The notes: generated by a model not told the origin, from the sequence alone. DNA of 64,000 bases from an uncultured Pseudomonadales bacterium (GCA_964521215.1 CAZFRD010000003.1:425-64424), one strand, 5' to 3'. Counted from the first letter of the stretch, positions 38,889 through 52,796 are shown. Program-made: numbers and translations.

Positions 38889-39848
38889 TTAAGGACGGAT
38901 TATCACCTGGATTTGGGTGGCAGCAGTTGAGGCCGATTGCGTGCCATAAGCATCAACTACCATCAATTTGGCCAAGTAACTACATTCTGCCTGGGCACAC
39001 GGGTATTGATGAGTCGCCGCCGTATCTGTCGCCAAGCCCGTCCAACTGGTTCCGTCACCAAAATCAAGCGTCGCCGTAGACAATTTCGGCAACAGCGAAT
39101 CAATCACAAAATTAAAAATCACATCATTAATAGTATTGGCTTGGAGCACCCGCTGGTAACGATCAAAACCTGGTTCACCATTAAACGAGAGAATAATCGG
39201 CCGTGGCTGACAACTCGCATAGCAATCTTGACTACAATCAGTGCCCGGTCTCTGCTCACCCACCCCCAAGGATTGAACCGGATCACAGCAACTGAAACCG
39301 TAACCAGCGCAGTTGGTCTCGGGACTAGTAGTCGCCACCGGTTTTTCGAGTGTTGTTACCAGCACTCTATCTTCCAGCATTATCACTCGGGACCGCAACA
39401 GCAGTGGCGCCAAAACCGGCCAATGTTTAGCCACCTCTCTCACCTCGTTAGGCACTGCCTGGAGACTGATCATCCAAGCTCCTTCTTGAGCGAAAACTAA
39501 ACCAGATTGCCCTGGTTTTTTGGTGGCAAAAAGCGGTAGTTTTCGTCGTGTAATGGTTTTGGGTACAAATTCGTACTGGTTGCAAACAATTTCCAACACA
39601 TATTCGGTATCAGAAGTGAATCTGAGTTGAGGGACAAAGAGAGGAGAGTCATTGGTTTTTTGTGCCTCCAAATCCTGGCAATATTGATAATATTCACTCA
39701 GGTCCTTGGTACGCTGTAACAAGGAAACATCGCTCACAACTTGGTTATATGCACGAACCAGCACCCACTGCTGAAAGGCCAAAAAGGAGCCAGCGATAAC
39801 GACCAAGAAAATGAGGGTAAACACAACCACGTAGCGGAAAAAGCGCAT
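38889..39848 (-). CDS. membrane-anchored protein with Cys cluster and PKD domain
   Basis: N-terminal TM; LDFGDG..ATHQY PKD signature. Confidence 0.72.
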   Translation of the reverse strand: MRFFRYVVVFTLIFLVVIAGSFLAFQQWVLVRAYNQVVSDVSLLQRTKDLSEYYQYCQDLEAQKTNDSPLFVPQLRFTSDTEYVLEIVCNQYEFVPKTITRRKLPLFATKKPGQSGLVFAQEGAWMISLQAVPNEVREVAKHWPVLAPLLLRSRVIMLEDRVLVTTLEKPVATTSPETNCAGYGFSCCDPVQSLGVGEQRPGTDCSQDCYASCQPRPIILSFNGEPGFDRYQRVLQANTINDVIFNFVIDSLLPKLSTATLDFGDGTSWTGLATDTAATHQYPCAQAECSYLAKLMVVDAYGTQSASTAATQIQVIIRP

Positions 39849-39860
39849 AGGCTCAGCTTA

Positions 39861-40685
39861 CTACACTCCCAGGAGCTGAGTCCAGTACCAAGCCCAAATT
39901 TGGTCACCCCAAAATAATGCCAAAGCACTGCCAAGCAGGAGAAATGGTCCAAAGGGAATGGGTTGTTTGAGTTTGTGTTTGCCCAACATCAAGAGAAGAC
40001 TGCCCACCAAGGCGCCAGAGCAGACCGCGATCATCAAAGCTACCAATACCTGTGGCCAACCGACTAACATGGCTAAGACTGGCGCCAGTTTCACATCGCC
40101 TAACCCCATGCCTTTTTCTTTGGTGATCCAACGCAAAAACCAAAAAAATGCTCCGACACCAATAGCGGCAACTAGCATGGCTAAGAAATCGATCTGCTGC
40201 ATAATGCCTGAGCCCACGAGGACAATGCGGTACAACAAAGTGGCCACAGCCATGATTACGACTGCCCAGTCGGGAATAATAAAATATTTCATATCTGCCA
40301 CAAAGATAACCAGACTGAGAGTGCCAATTAGTAACCAAAACAAGGGCTGGAGTAGGGTAAATGGCTGGTCGACCAGTAGGAAGAAGAAACTCCCAGCCCA
40401 ATACCACCAAACAAAGAGGGCGCCCACCATTACTTCCATCGCTACATGCGAAATCGCAATTTTTTTATGGCATTTGCGACATTTCCCCCTCAGCATCAAG
40501 TAAGAGAGTAGGGGAATGTTGTCATACCATTTGATGATGTAGGAACAGTGGTCACAACGAGAACGACCAGTTTTCCAGTCTTCTTTTTCTTCCACCGTGC
40601 GATAAACCAGCACGTGCAAAAAACTCCCAATACAGACACCAAGAGCAAAAATGATCAAGCTAACGACTATTTGAAAGATTAACAC
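39861..40685 (-). CDS. pilD: prepilin peptidase (A24A)
   Basis: GSFLHVLVYR, RSRCDHC, NIPLLSY, GKCRKC, GMGLGDVKL and IPFGPFL motifs. Confidence 0.95.
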   Translation of the reverse strand: MLIFQIVVSLIIFALGVCIGSFLHVLVYRTVEEKEDWKTGRSRCDHCSYIIKWYDNIPLLSYLMLRGKCRKCHKKIAISHVAMEVMVGALFVWWYWAGSFFFLLVDQPFTLLQPLFWLLIGTLSLVIFVADMKYFIIPDWAVVIMAVATLLYRIVLVGSGIMQQIDFLAMLVAAIGVGAFFWFLRWITKEKGMGLGDVKLAPVLAMLVGWPQVLVALMIAVCSGALVGSLLLMLGKHKLKQPIPFGPFLLLGSALALFWGDQIWAWYWTQLLGV

Positions 40686-40861
40686 CCGCTTACTCTACAG
40701 CAGAGTAGGGGAGAACACAATTGGGAGGAGAACCGTAGGAAAAGAACCTAGTGGTCGATTGAAAATGGTAATCAAGTTAGTGGGCTATGTTGAACAACGA
40801 AACTAGATGCCAGTGAATGAAAACCATCAAATAAAGACAAGCGAAAACAAGTAAAAATAAC

Positions 40862-40893
40862 AAAAAAGCCCCGCCGTTCGCGAACGGCGGGGC
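40862..40893 (-). terminator. intrinsic terminator after the major pilin gene
   Basis: Perfect GC-rich palindrome GCCCCGCCGTTCGCGAACGGCGGGGC followed by T6 on the minus strand. Confidence 0.88.
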
Positions 40894-40918
40894 CAACTTT
40901 CAAACTATCAGTCTAAGA

Positions 40919-41557
40919 TTATGGTAGACAGATCATGTCAACACCTTCTTCACCTGCGGCGTTGACTGCATCATCAGCAACACATACCCCCGCTACACCT
41001 AATAGATCATCTGGTAATGTTCCAGCACATCTCACAGTCGCCTCATTGGCAAAAGCGCTTGACTGTGGTGAAAAACAGACATAAATGTTATCACCGGTGT
41101 CACCTTCATAGTATACATACAAACCCCTTGCCTCCTGAGTGCCAGTGGATCCTCCTCCGGCTTCGTCTACCCTAGTGACATAAGAATCCTTTAATTCTTG
41201 AGTACCAACACACCCTGTGGTTGCTGTAGTTGAAAGCCGTTCAAGAATTGTACAACCAGACACAGTTTCTTCCCATCCAGAATTTACCAATTGCATAGCG
41301 AGAGTTACTCCAACCGTATCATTTGCATCCTCCTGCCATGGGAAAAATCCATTAAATGCATTATATCTTTCGAGAGCTCCAAGTAATTGCTCTGCGTCGC
41401 CACGTTTGGCCGTATCACGGCCACGATTAATTTGTTCGAGTGGGTTGATAGCCGCCAAGACCATTACAGCTAAGATACCTAAGATCGAAATGACGATCAG
41501 TAACTCGATCATTGTGAAACCTCCGCTTTTTAAGCGAGCAAGCAAGGCTTTCTTCAT
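40919..41557 (-). CDS. probable major type IV pilin
   Basis: G|FTMIELL and AINPLEQINRGRD; strong AGGAG ribosome-binding site and its own terminator. Confidence 0.85.
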   Translation of the reverse strand: MKKALLARLKSGGFTMIELLIVISILGILAVMVLAAINPLEQINRGRDTAKRGDAEQLLGALERYNAFNGFFPWQEDANDTVGVTLAMQLVNSGWEETVSGCTILERLSTTATTGCVGTQELKDSYVTRVDEAGGGSTGTQEARGLYVYYEGDTGDNIYVCFSPQSSAFANEATVRCAGTLPDDLLGVAGVCVADDAVNAAGEEGVDMICLP

Positions 41558-41645
41558 ATATATTCTCCTTTTATACTACTAATGCTGTTAACTTTCTCTT
41601 GTACTACATTTAACTGTATACCAACCTGAAGAGGCTTGTCAACAA

Positions 41646-42848
41646 TTAAAAGGCACTGGTCAAGCTGTAGATCGGCATCACGATGGCAATCACCATGCCA
41701 CCCACCGCCACCGCCAAGATTACCATGATAATCGGCTCAATTGCTGTTGTCATATTCTTGACCGCTTGTTCAGTTTCCTGTTCAAAATAACTCGATAGTT
41801 TAGCCAACACTTCATCCAATTTACCTGTTTCTTCACCCACCGCTACCATCTGCGACAAAATCAGTGGGATCATCTCCTGACGACCAAGAGACTCGGAAAG
41901 CAAACCGCCTTTTTCTACCTGGTCACGTGCTTCCGTAAATGCCTCACGGAAAATTACATTCTCCACACCTTCTATCACCACATCCAGAGATTGGAGTAGG
42001 GTGACACCCGAACCCAGCAACAACGACAACGTCCGCACAAAATCGGTAATCATAATCTTCTGAATCATATTGCCGAAAATTGGTAATTTGAGTAGTAATC
42101 CCGCAATTACCCGCTGACCAGACTCAGTTTTGTACCAACGGTTAAAAAAGTAAATCCCACCGCCGATTCCAGCCAAGATTAGGTACCAACGAGTGGCAAA
42201 AATGTTAGAAACCCCGATCAAAACTCTGGTCGGCAACGGTAACGTTACACCAAAATCACTATACATCGCTGTCAACTTGGGCAAAACAAAAGTCATCATA
42301 ATAAAACCAACCACCAACATCGCAATAATCACAATCACTGGGTAAATCATTGCGCCCTTGGTTTTAGCCCGAAATTCTTTCGATACTTCCAAGTTATGCG
42401 CCAAGCGCGTCAAAATATCATCCAAAATTCCTCCCACCTCACCCGCTTTCACCAGCTGAACGTACAAACGGGAAAAAACTTTCGGGTGGGAACTCAGCGC
42501 TTTGGAAAACGAGGCACCTCCCTCCACCTCATGTAAAAGGTTGGCGACCAACTGAGAAAAACCAGGCGATGACTGCTGGACTAACACACCTAATGCCTTA
42601 GAAATTGACAAGCCGGCGCTGATCATGGTGGAAAGTTGGCGGGTAAAATTTACCACATCATTTTGGCTCACACCGAAAAAACCTTGCAACAGCGTACTGA
42701 GTCCGACCATGCCCACTGGCTTGAGGTTAATCACCAATAAACCCCGCTCATCCAGAAGCATAGCAGCATCTTCGAGTGTCGACGCCTCCGCCTTGCCCTT
42801 GACGATTTCTCCCAGTTTATTTTTGGCAGAGTAAGTAAAAAATGGCAT
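41646..42848 (-). CDS. pilC: type IV pilus platform protein (GspF family)
   Basis: FTRQLSTMISAG, GEVGG.LD, AMIYP, VGEETGKLD and IEP motifs. Confidence 0.95.
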   Translation of the reverse strand: MPFFTYSAKNKLGEIVKGKAEASTLEDAAMLLDERGLLVINLKPVGMVGLSTLLQGFFGVSQNDVVNFTRQLSTMISAGLSISKALGVLVQQSSPGFSQLVANLLHEVEGGASFSKALSSHPKVFSRLYVQLVKAGEVGGILDDILTRLAHNLEVSKEFRAKTKGAMIYPVIVIIAMLVVGFIMMTFVLPKLTAMYSDFGVTLPLPTRVLIGVSNIFATRWYLILAGIGGGIYFFNRWYKTESGQRVIAGLLLKLPIFGNMIQKIMITDFVRTLSLLLGSGVTLLQSLDVVIEGVENVIFREAFTEARDQVEKGGLLSESLGRQEMIPLILSQMVAVGEETGKLDEVLAKLSSYFEQETEQAVKNMTTAIEPIIMVILAVAVGGMVIAIVMPIYSLTSAF

Positions 42849-42853
42849 AATGA

Positions 42854-43921
42854 TTACTCCTTAGCTAAAAGACGTTCGATTTCGTCTGGTCTAAAGGCTC
42901 GGTTACGAGCTGTTTCGGCAGTGATTTTTCCTTGCTGAACTAGCATAAACAAATGTTTTTCGAACAAAAACATCCCTTGCTCCGATGAAGTCTGAATAAT
43001 TGACTCGATTTGGAATGCCTTACTCTCACGAATGAGGTTGCGCACTGCAGCATTGGCAATCATCACTTCCAAAGCTGCCACTCGGCCTCCGCCTTTCTTG
43101 GGCAACAGACGCTGAGAGACCACCGCCTTAATCACGCCAGCTAACTGTTGGCGAATTTGTGGTTGCTGAGCAGCAGGAAAAACATCGATGATTCTATCCA
43201 TCGACTCACTCGCCGTATTGGTATGTAAAGTCGCAAAGACCAAGTGACCAGTTTCGGCAATAGTAATGGCAGAAGCAATAGTCTCGTGATCACGCATTTC
43301 GCCAATCAAAACCACATCGGGATCCTCACGGAGAGCAGAGCGCAGGGCAATATCCCACCCATGGGTATCTTGATTGACTTCTCTTTGAGAAATGATGCTT
43401 TTATCTGGTTGGTAAATGAATTCGATCGGATCTTCAATTGTTAAAATATGTTCGGCGCGTTTGTGATTAATTTCATCGATCAAGGCCGCCAAAGTCGTTG
43501 ATTTGCCTTCACCCGTTGGTCCTGTGAGCAACACTAAACCTTGAGGATACAAAGTAAAATCATGCAAGATTGGCAACAGGTCTAGTTCTTCTACCGTTTT
43601 AATTTTCTCGGGAATCAACCGACCAGCCATGGCCAGATTACCAGATGAGTGGTAGACATTAATTCTGAAGCGAGCTCTTTCTTGGTACTGGTAACCAAAA
43701 TCTAGTTCTTTATTTACCTTCACGTAATCCTGTTGTTCTTGGGTTAAAATGGAAAAAATAAATTCTTTATTTTGGGCTGGTGTAATGGGGGGCATCTCAA
43801 CCCGGCGCAGTTCACCATCCACTCTCAGAATAGCTGGATTACCACAAATCAAGTGAATATCCGATCCTTGCAGATCAACCACCTTTTGCAATAAATTTTG
43901 AATGGTCACGGCGGTGCTCAT
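42854..43921 (-). CDS. pilT: type IV pilus retraction ATPase
   Basis: GPTGEGKSTT, TIEDPIE, LREDPD, AETGHLVFATLHT and AVRNLIRE motifs. Confidence 0.95.
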   Translation of the reverse strand: MSTAVTIQNLLQKVVDLQGSDIHLICGNPAILRVDGELRRVEMPPITPAQNKEFIFSILTQEQQDYVKVNKELDFGYQYQERARFRINVYHSSGNLAMAGRLIPEKIKTVEELDLLPILHDFTLYPQGLVLLTGPTGEGKSTTLAALIDEINHKRAEHILTIEDPIEFIYQPDKSIISQREVNQDTHGWDIALRSALREDPDVVLIGEMRDHETIASAITIAETGHLVFATLHTNTASESMDRIIDVFPAAQQPQIRQQLAGVIKAVVSQRLLPKKGGGRVAALEVMIANAAVRNLIRESKAFQIESIIQTSSEQGMFLFEKHLFMLVQQGKITAETARNRAFRPDEIERLLAKE

Positions 43922-43939
43922 AGTGCTCTCCTTAAGATT

Positions 43940-46219
43940 TTAAATTTCAGCTACACGCAAGACTTCTTCGATCGTGGTTACTCCATCGAGCACCTTGAGA
44001 TATCCATCTTGCTTCATATACAGCATACCATCTTTGAGACTAACTTTCTCCATATCACTAGCGGCTTTGCGCGCCATAATTAATTTGGAAATTTCTTCCG
44101 AAATTTTCATTACCTCGAAAATTGCGACTCTACCCTTATAATCGGGCTCCGATTCCGGACGCTCTTTTTTGGCGCGCATTAGGACAATATCTTTCTCTGT
44201 TTTCTGGTTTTGCTGTAACCAACGTGTAAAGTTATCACCCAATACTGTTTTAATATTGTCAATCACTGCCGGATCCGGCCGATAGGCTTCTTTGTAATCT
44301 GGATTAATAATACGCACAATCCGCTGGGCCAACACGCAGGTCATTGAGGATGATAATAAAAATGGTTCGGCGCCCATATCCATCAAACGAGGGAGGGCGC
44401 CGGCAGCGGACGAAGTATGCAGAGTAGCAAACACTAAGTGACCAGTCAAAGAAGCCTGCACCGCCAAACCTGCGGTTTCGCTATCCCGAATTTCTCCCAC
44501 CATAATAATGTTGGGATCCTGACGAAGAAATGATCTCAGTCCAGAGGCAAAAGTCAAACCTGCTTGGGGATTAATTTGCACCTGGTTCACACCAGGCATC
44601 TGATATTCAACCGGATCTTCCAAAGTCATAATGTTCACTCTGGGAGTGTTAATCGTGTGCAAAACAGAATATAGAGTGGTGGTTTTGCCTGAGCCCGTCG
44701 GACCGGTGACCAAGATAATGCCGTGAGGCACCTTGATGGCGTCCTGTACATTGCGCAAAGCCAACCCAGATAATCCAATTTCTTCCAGAGTGGGCACATT
44801 GGCATTTTTATTGAGTAAACGCATCACCACCTTTTCTCCATGAATGGTGGGCAAAGTAGAAATACGCAAATCGACTTGCTGATTATTCTCACTGAAATCG
44901 AAACGGCCATCTTGGGGTAACCGGCGCTCATCAATCTTTAATCCAGATAGAATTTTGATTCTTGATACCACCGCTTGGTGGACTGATTTGGGCAAAATTA
45001 ATTTCTCCTGCAAAATGCCATCAATCCGGTAACGGACGCGCGTCCGATTCTCCTGCGGTTCAATATGAATATCGGACGCGCGGGCTTTGAGCGAAAAAGA
45101 CAAAATGGTCTGCACTATTTTGGTAATTGGGGCTTGCCTAATCATGCCACCAGATAAATCACCAAAATCTTGTTGCAGCTGTTTCTGCTGTTGGACTTGC
45201 TTGGTTTGTTCCAACGCTTGAGTCACCTCGGTAGAAAGACTTTGTGAGTATTGTTCTGCGATCAGCCTTTCAATCTCTGAAGAGGAGGCAAAGTGAGCAA
45301 TAACCTTCAAGCCGGTCTTATGTTGTAAAAAATCGATCGCTTGCACATCAAGCGGGTTGCGCATGGCTACAGACAGCGTGTTTTTGTCCTTATTCAAAGT
45401 GAACGGCAACATCCAATAGTTGCGAGCCACTGCCTCTGGAACTTGGGCCAAAGCCTCTGGGTAAACTCCAACTTCGTTCAAATCTACATAAGGTATGTTG
45501 TAGAACTCGGAACGGGCCTTGACCAAATCTTCTTCGCTCACTAATTTATTTTTTTCAATTAGATGTTCAATGTTCAAGCCAGACTGGATATTTTGGGTCA
45601 AAATTTCGTTGGCCTGCTCCGTGCTCAACAACTTGTTTTTCACCAAAACATCGAGTAGTGAGAGTGGAGCAGTCACTTTTGGTTTGGTGGCCGTAGTAGT
45701 AGTTGGCTCCGGTGGTGATGTTGGTTCTGGAACTTGGGCTAGCGGTTCTGGAGCTGGGGCTGGCGTTGGTACCACTGGTTCTGAGGTTGGAGACGATTGG
45801 TCCACGCTATCAGCCAAAGTGGGCAGAGGCACCACGGGTACTTCGCTGGGTAAAATTGACGGAGTAATTGCAGCTTGAGTTGCGGTAATTTCTTCTTCGG
45901 TTGGCGCTTCACCAATAAATTGGATCGGAATTTCTTCTGCATCCGCAGTAATTTGAGTTTCTGGTTGGTTCTGAGTAGTGGCAGAACCTGAATTAATCAC
46001 GGTAGGCTCCTGAGAAGGAATTTGAATTTGACTTAATTCGTCTACCGATTTTGGTCGACTATCACTGACTGAGGCCACAGGTGTTTGTTGCGTGACTGGT
46101 ACACTTACATGGTCGCTAGCTTGATTGGTAACTTGTGGCACCTGACCAGCATTAACTTGAGTCAACATTAATCCTGGAGGAATGATTGAGGATCGATAAG
46201 CATTGGCAGGCTCTGTCAT
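43940..46219 (-). CDS. pilB: type IV pilus assembly ATPase with long disordered N-terminal extension
   Basis: ASDIHIEP, RLPQDGR, GPTGSGKTTT, LRQDP and TGHLVFATLH motifs. Confidence 0.93.
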   Translation of the reverse strand: MTEPANAYRSSIIPPGLMLTQVNAGQVPQVTNQASDHVSVPVTQQTPVASVSDSRPKSVDELSQIQIPSQEPTVINSGSATTQNQPETQITADAEEIPIQFIGEAPTEEEITATQAAITPSILPSEVPVVPLPTLADSVDQSSPTSEPVVPTPAPAPEPLAQVPEPTSPPEPTTTTATKPKVTAPLSLLDVLVKNKLLSTEQANEILTQNIQSGLNIEHLIEKNKLVSEEDLVKARSEFYNIPYVDLNEVGVYPEALAQVPEAVARNYWMLPFTLNKDKNTLSVAMRNPLDVQAIDFLQHKTGLKVIAHFASSSEIERLIAEQYSQSLSTEVTQALEQTKQVQQQKQLQQDFGDLSGGMIRQAPITKIVQTILSFSLKARASDIHIEPQENRTRVRYRIDGILQEKLILPKSVHQAVVSRIKILSGLKIDERRLPQDGRFDFSENNQQVDLRISTLPTIHGEKVVMRLLNKNANVPTLEEIGLSGLALRNVQDAIKVPHGIILVTGPTGSGKTTTLYSVLHTINTPRVNIMTLEDPVEYQMPGVNQVQINPQAGLTFASGLRSFLRQDPNIIMVGEIRDSETAGLAVQASLTGHLVFATLHTSSAAGALPRLMDMGAEPFLLSSSMTCVLAQRIVRIINPDYKEAYRPDPAVIDNIKTVLGDNFTRWLQQNQKTEKDIVLMRAKKERPESEPDYKGRVAIFEVMKISEEISKLIMARKAASDMEKVSLKDGMLYMKQDGYLKVLDGVTTIEEVLRVAEI

Positions 46220-46270
46220 AACGCCTTTCTACTATACTGGAAACCAACAGCGAGATACAATCCCAAAACC

Positions 46271-46984
46271 ATGATCGAAGTCTCCGCTTTGAACTACTTC
46301 TCAGCTTATCAACAACCACTACTGATGATCCTACCGGGTGAGGCAGACCAACAAAAAACTCTCGTGCAACTGATCGCCACCTGTTCTCCTTACAAAAACC
46401 CCTTGGCTCATCAATCAGTCTACTGGGTCAATTCGAATATGGAATCGCTGGGTATCGATACCGCCCGCCAAATCTCCACGGAAATCACATTTTCTCCACT
46501 TGACGAACAGGTGCGTATTTTTGTGTTACTAGGTTTCGAACAAGCGACCACCGAAGCTCAAAATGCCTTACTCAAGTTACTCGAAAGCTCAGCCAACCAA
46601 ACCCAATTTTGGCTTGTCACTCAAAATCTGAACAAGGTGTTACCCACTATTCAATCTAGGTGCGAGTTAATCACGGTGCCTCAGACTCAAGTGATTTTCA
46701 AAGATGCGAGCGAGGTCCAACCAGCGCAAATATTCCTCCACTTGCGCCAGGCCACTATCCCCGAATGTATTGAGTTAGCGGGAAAATATTCAGATAGAAC
46801 TACCGCCCTCAATTTGGTGACATCTTTGCTGAATTGGCTCACCCAGCAAACCGAATTCATTCCCACCGCCTCGCAATTACAAGCCCTGCAGACAGCATTT
46901 GTCCGATTAGAACAAAACACCAACGTAAAACTAGCCCTTGAAAGTGCCTTTTTTGGGCTTTCTGGTGCCAAAGACCATTTTTAA
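46271..46984 (+). CDS. holB: DNA polymerase III delta-prime-like subunit, degenerate
   Basis: EAQNALLKLLE and LPTIQSRC motifs; no intact Walker A or Zn motif. Confidence 0.72.
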   Translation: MIEVSALNYFSAYQQPLLMILPGEADQQKTLVQLIATCSPYKNPLAHQSVYWVNSNMESLGIDTARQISTEITFSPLDEQVRIFVLLGFEQATTEAQNALLKLLESSANQTQFWLVTQNLNKVLPTIQSRCELITVPQTQVIFKDASEVQPAQIFLHLRQATIPECIELAGKYSDRTTALNLVTSLLNWLTQQTEFIPTASQLQALQTAFVRLEQNTNVKLALESAFFGLSGAKDHF

Positions 46985-47006
46985 ATTGGTGTAGAATGTG
47001 TTATAA

Positions 47007-49052
<2,046 letters not shown>

Positions 49053-49063
49053 AGGAAAAAACT

Positions 49064-49540
49064 ATGTCTGATATTTTAGTCAAAATTGAAATTCCAGAGG
49101 GCTCACGAGTAAAGTACGAATTAGATGAGGAAACAGGCGAAATGATGGTGGACCGGATTGTCCCCACTGCGATGGATTACCCAGTCAATTATGGATTAAT
49201 AGAAGGCACCAAGGGCGAAGACGGCGATGCTTTGGATGCCCTGGTTTTCCTCAGCGCGGCGGTTATACCTGGAGCAGTGGTGAAATGCAAAGTGATCGGT
49301 ATGCTGGAAATGGAAGATGAAGCGGGAATTGACCATAAAATCGTTTGTGTGCCCGCTCAGGTGAAAATCGATCCCATTTGTGGTGCCTGGGAAAGTCTAG
49401 CCGACGTTCCAGAAATGAAAAAACGTCAGATCAAACATTTTTTTGAACACTACAAAGATTTAGAAGAAGGTAAGTGGGTTAAGCTCAAAGATTGGGCAGA
49501 TGCCACAACCGCATTAGCAGTACTAGAGAAATCTAAATGA
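49064..49540 (+). CDS. ppa: inorganic pyrophosphatase (family I)
   Basis: EIP..KYE, YPVNYG, DGDALD and [10 protein letters not shown] motifs. Confidence 0.95.
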   Translation: MSDILVKIEIPEGSRVKYELDEETGEMMVDRIVPTAMDYPVNYGLIEGTKGEDGDALDALVFLSAAVIPGAVVKCKVIGMLEMEDEAGIDHKIVCVPAQVKIDPICGAWESLADVPEMKKRQIKHFFEHYKDLEEGKWVKLKDWADATTALAVLEKSK

Positions 49541-52299
49541 ACGATCAAGATCCCAACATCGAGCAAGTAGACCAAACTGAGCAAGCTAAATCGTCCGACC
49601 AAGCTACCGAACTAACCTCAACGTCCGCCGGTGGCGCCGGTGAGTTTGAGCAGCTGACTGGAACTATTCAAGATAGTCGTTTTGGCAAACTTAAATATAT
49701 CGCCATTGCAGATGAAATGAAGCAGAGCTACTTGGACTACGCCATGAGCGTGATCGTGGCGCGCGCGCTTCCAGATGTGCGTGATGGGCTCAAACCAGTT
49801 CACCGCCGGATTTTGTACTCCATGTACAAATCCGGCATTCATCACTCAAGTTCATACAAAAAAAGCGCGCGCATTGTGGGAGACGTCTTGGGTAAATACC
49901 ATCCTCATGGCGATTCCTCAGTCTATATGGCATTAGTTAGATTGGCTCAAGACTTCAGCATGCGTTATATGTTAGTAGATGGCCAAGGTAACTTTGGCTC
50001 GGTGGATGGTGATAGTCCAGCCGCCATGCGGTACACCGAAGCGCGACTAGCTAAGATTAGTTCGGAAATTTTGGTTGATATCGATAAAAAAACGGTGCCT
50101 TTTACTGACAACTTTGATGGTTCACTCCAAGAACCTTTAGTCTTACCGGCAAAGTTACCCAATCTTTTGCTCATGGGTTCTGAAGGTATTGCGGTGGGTA
50201 TGGCTACCAAAATTCCCCCTCATAATCTGAGTGAAGTTTGCGATGCGATTATCGCTGTCATAGATCAAGGCAAAGCCGAACTAGCCGAGCCTGAGACTGG
50301 CACCACGGTTAAACCAATTATTACTCAAGTGCCTAAAGATATTGCCGAAAAACACACTCTAATCGACAACACTTTGGCTATGAATGCTTCAACCCTGGCA
50401 GGGGTTTTTCGCTCCGAAGCCACTGTAGACGACATCATGAACCACATCAAGGGTCCAGATTTTCCCACCGGGGGCATTATGTATGACTTTGCCGCAATTA
50501 AAGAAGGCTACCGGACGGGCAAGGGGAGAGTAGTGGTGCGGGCCAAAGCAACGATAGAAGAAAACAACAAGGGTTTCCAAATAATCATTACTGAGTTGCC
50601 TTACCAAGTGAACAAAGCCCGACTCTTGATGAAAATTGCGGACCTAGTCAGAGATAAGAAAATCCTCGGTATTCGTGATCTCAACGATGACTCGGATAGA
50701 GTCGGTATGCAAATTACCATCGATCTCAAGCGGGATGCGCGACCCAAAGTGGTGCTTAATAAATTATTTAAATATTCCGAACTCCAATCAAGTTTCCCCA
50801 TGAACATGGTGGCGCTCAATTCCGAAGGCATTCCTCAATTGATGAATATTAAGCAAATGATTACCGAGTTTATTGCCCACCGGCAATTAGTGGTCACCAA
50901 AAGATGTCAATTTGAACTAGCCGAGGCCAGAGATCGAGCTCATATTTTGGAAGGTTTATTAATTGCCCTGCAAAACTTAGATGAGGTGATCGACACGATC
51001 AGAAAATCAGCAGATTCTGATGCTGCCAAACTAGCATTAATGTCCAAGTTTGGTTTGAGCGAAATTCAAGCTCAGGCTATCCTAGAAATGCAACTCAAGC
51101 GTTTGGCAGCCCTTGAGCGGCAAAAAATTGAAGACGAATACCAACAACTTCAGGCCGTGATTGACCGCTTACTACTGTTATTACAAAACCCAATTGAAAT
51201 TCTCAGCGTTGTCAAACAAGAAACTCACGATTTGAAAGCTCAATATGGTGACGAAAGGAAAACTCAACTTATCAAAGGAAAGATCGGTGAATTTAGCGAA
51301 GAAGATTTAGTCCCCAACGAACCAACAGTTATCACGCTTACAGAAAGTGGCTACATCAAACGTCTTGAGCCAAGTGCTTTTCGCTCACAATCCAGAGGAG
51401 GGAAGGGGAGTGTGGGACTGAAAATGCGTGATGAAGATATCGTCAAAACTCTCTTGGTGGCCAAAACCCACGACACCTTGCTCATGTTTACCAACCAGGG
51501 AAAAGTCTTCAAGATGCGAGCATTTGATATTCCTCAAGCTAATCGTCAAGCAAAAGGTACGGCGATTGTCAATCTATTAAGTCTACAACCAGACGAAACA
51601 GTTCAATCATTATTAATTATTGATGAAGTTGCAGACCAAGATAAGTTTATAACGCTAACAACGAGAAAAGGTCTCGTCAAAAAAAGTGCGGTTGCCCTCT
51701 ACCAAAATATCAGACAAACAGGCATTATTGCTATCATTCTTAATGACGACGATAGGTTGGTCCGCAGTGCCTTGACAAGTGGTAATGACGATATATTAAT
51801 GGTGTCTCACCAAGGAAAAGTCATTCGCTTTAGCGAAGAGGAAGTTAAAACCTCTAATCGTGACACCAAGGGTGTCAAAGGTATTACTCTCAGATCAGAT
51901 GATTATGTGGTGGGGGTAGAAACTGTCTCGCCAGAGATGTCTAAATTGGCTGGTAGCTCAGATGAGCCTGCTTTACTAGTTATCACCGAACGAGGCCTCG
52001 GCAAACGGACGGTACTCAGTCAGTACCCTAGTCAGAAACGCACTGGTATGGGCGTCAAAGTCTCTGATATTACTACCAAGACTGGTCCCGTTGCCTCAGC
52101 CAGACTAGTTGAAACCGATCATAAAGATGTGGTAATTACTACTAGGGACGGTATCACCATTAAATTACCACTAAGTAAAAAATCAATTCCAATTTTAACT
52201 CGACCAACTCAAGGAGTAATTTTGATGCGGCTCAAGGATGATGATTTTGTGGCAGCAGTGGCGCTGACTTTTAAGCAAATGGACGATGAAGACGAATAA
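49537..52299 (+). CDS. gyrA: DNA gyrase subunit A
   Basis: [22 protein letters not shown] and the GyrA-box QSRGGKG. Confidence 0.96.
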   Translation: MNDQDPNIEQVDQTEQAKSSDQATELTSTSAGGAGEFEQLTGTIQDSRFGKLKYIAIADEMKQSYLDYAMSVIVARALPDVRDGLKPVHRRILYSMYKSGIHHSSSYKKSARIVGDVLGKYHPHGDSSVYMALVRLAQDFSMRYMLVDGQGNFGSVDGDSPAAMRYTEARLAKISSEILVDIDKKTVPFTDNFDGSLQEPLVLPAKLPNLLLMGSEGIAVGMATKIPPHNLSEVCDAIIAVIDQGKAELAEPETGTTVKPIITQVPKDIAEKHTLIDNTLAMNASTLAGVFRSEATVDDIMNHIKGPDFPTGGIMYDFAAIKEGYRTGKGRVVVRAKATIEENNKGFQIIITELPYQVNKARLLMKIADLVRDKKILGIRDLNDDSDRVGMQITIDLKRDARPKVVLNKLFKYSELQSSFPMNMVALNSEGIPQLMNIKQMITEFIAHRQLVVTKRCQFELAEARDRAHILEGLLIALQNLDEVIDTIRKSADSDAAKLALMSKFGLSEIQAQAILEMQLKRLAALERQKIEDEYQQLQAVIDRLLLLLQNPIEILSVVKQETHDLKAQYGDERKTQLIKGKIGEFSEEDLVPNEPTVITLTESGYIKRLEPSAFRSQSRGGKGSVGLKMRDEDIVKTLLVAKTHDTLLMFTNQGKVFKMRAFDIPQANRQAKGTAIVNLLSLQPDETVQSLLIIDEVADQDKFITLTTRKGLVKKSAVALYQNIRQTGIIAIILNDDDRLVRSALTSGNDDILMVSHQGKVIRFSEEEVKTSNRDTKGVKGITLRSDDYVVGVETVSPEMSKLAGSSDEPALLVITERGLGKRTVLSQYPSQKRTGMGVKVSDITTKTGPVASARLVETDHKDVVITTRDGITIKLPLSKKSIPILTRPTQGVILMRLKDDDFVAAVALTFKQMDDEDE

Positions 52300-52786
52300 C
52301 CACCCAACAGTATCGGTAAAAAGAATACTTATTGGCGTACTTATTGGATCATTCTTTCTAATCTCTGCAGTTGTGATGTCTTTGTTTTACATCAAGTATG
52401 GTGACAATTCGCCAGAAATTATCAGTGAGTTTGCTAAATTCTCAACTGATTCACTGATTAACCAACTGTTATTATCTATTAACTGCAGGGGTGAAAATCA
52501 AAAAATTACTTATGTAGGATACCCCAAAGAAGCGTATTGCTATGCAACATACTCCGATGGTGGCGAAGTTTGCTCTGACGGTAACCAGTGCGATTCTGGC
52601 ATTTGCATACTTTCTTACGAAGATGATCGAGCCCTGCGTTTCAGTAAACTGACTAATGACTCTTTAACTGGTACTTGTCTGGCTTCAAGACAACGAGAGA
52701 AAGTAAACCTTCCATATAGTGGATGTCCAATGATGTCAATAAACGATGGGAAGGTTGGGGAATTTTCACTTTGTGCGAATAATTGA
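52286..52786 (+). CDS. membrane-anchored Cys-rich hypothetical protein
   Basis: N-terminal TM; [17 protein letters not shown] motif. Confidence 0.7.
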   Translation: MKTNNHPTVSVKRILIGVLIGSFFLISAVVMSLFYIKYGDNSPEIISEFAKFSTDSLINQLLLSINCRGENQKITYVGYPKEAYCYATYSDGGEVCSDGNQCDSGICILSYEDDRALRFSKLTNDSLTGTCLASRQREKVNLPYSGCPMMSINDGKVGEFSLCANN

Positions 52787-52796
52787 GAATGTTGCT

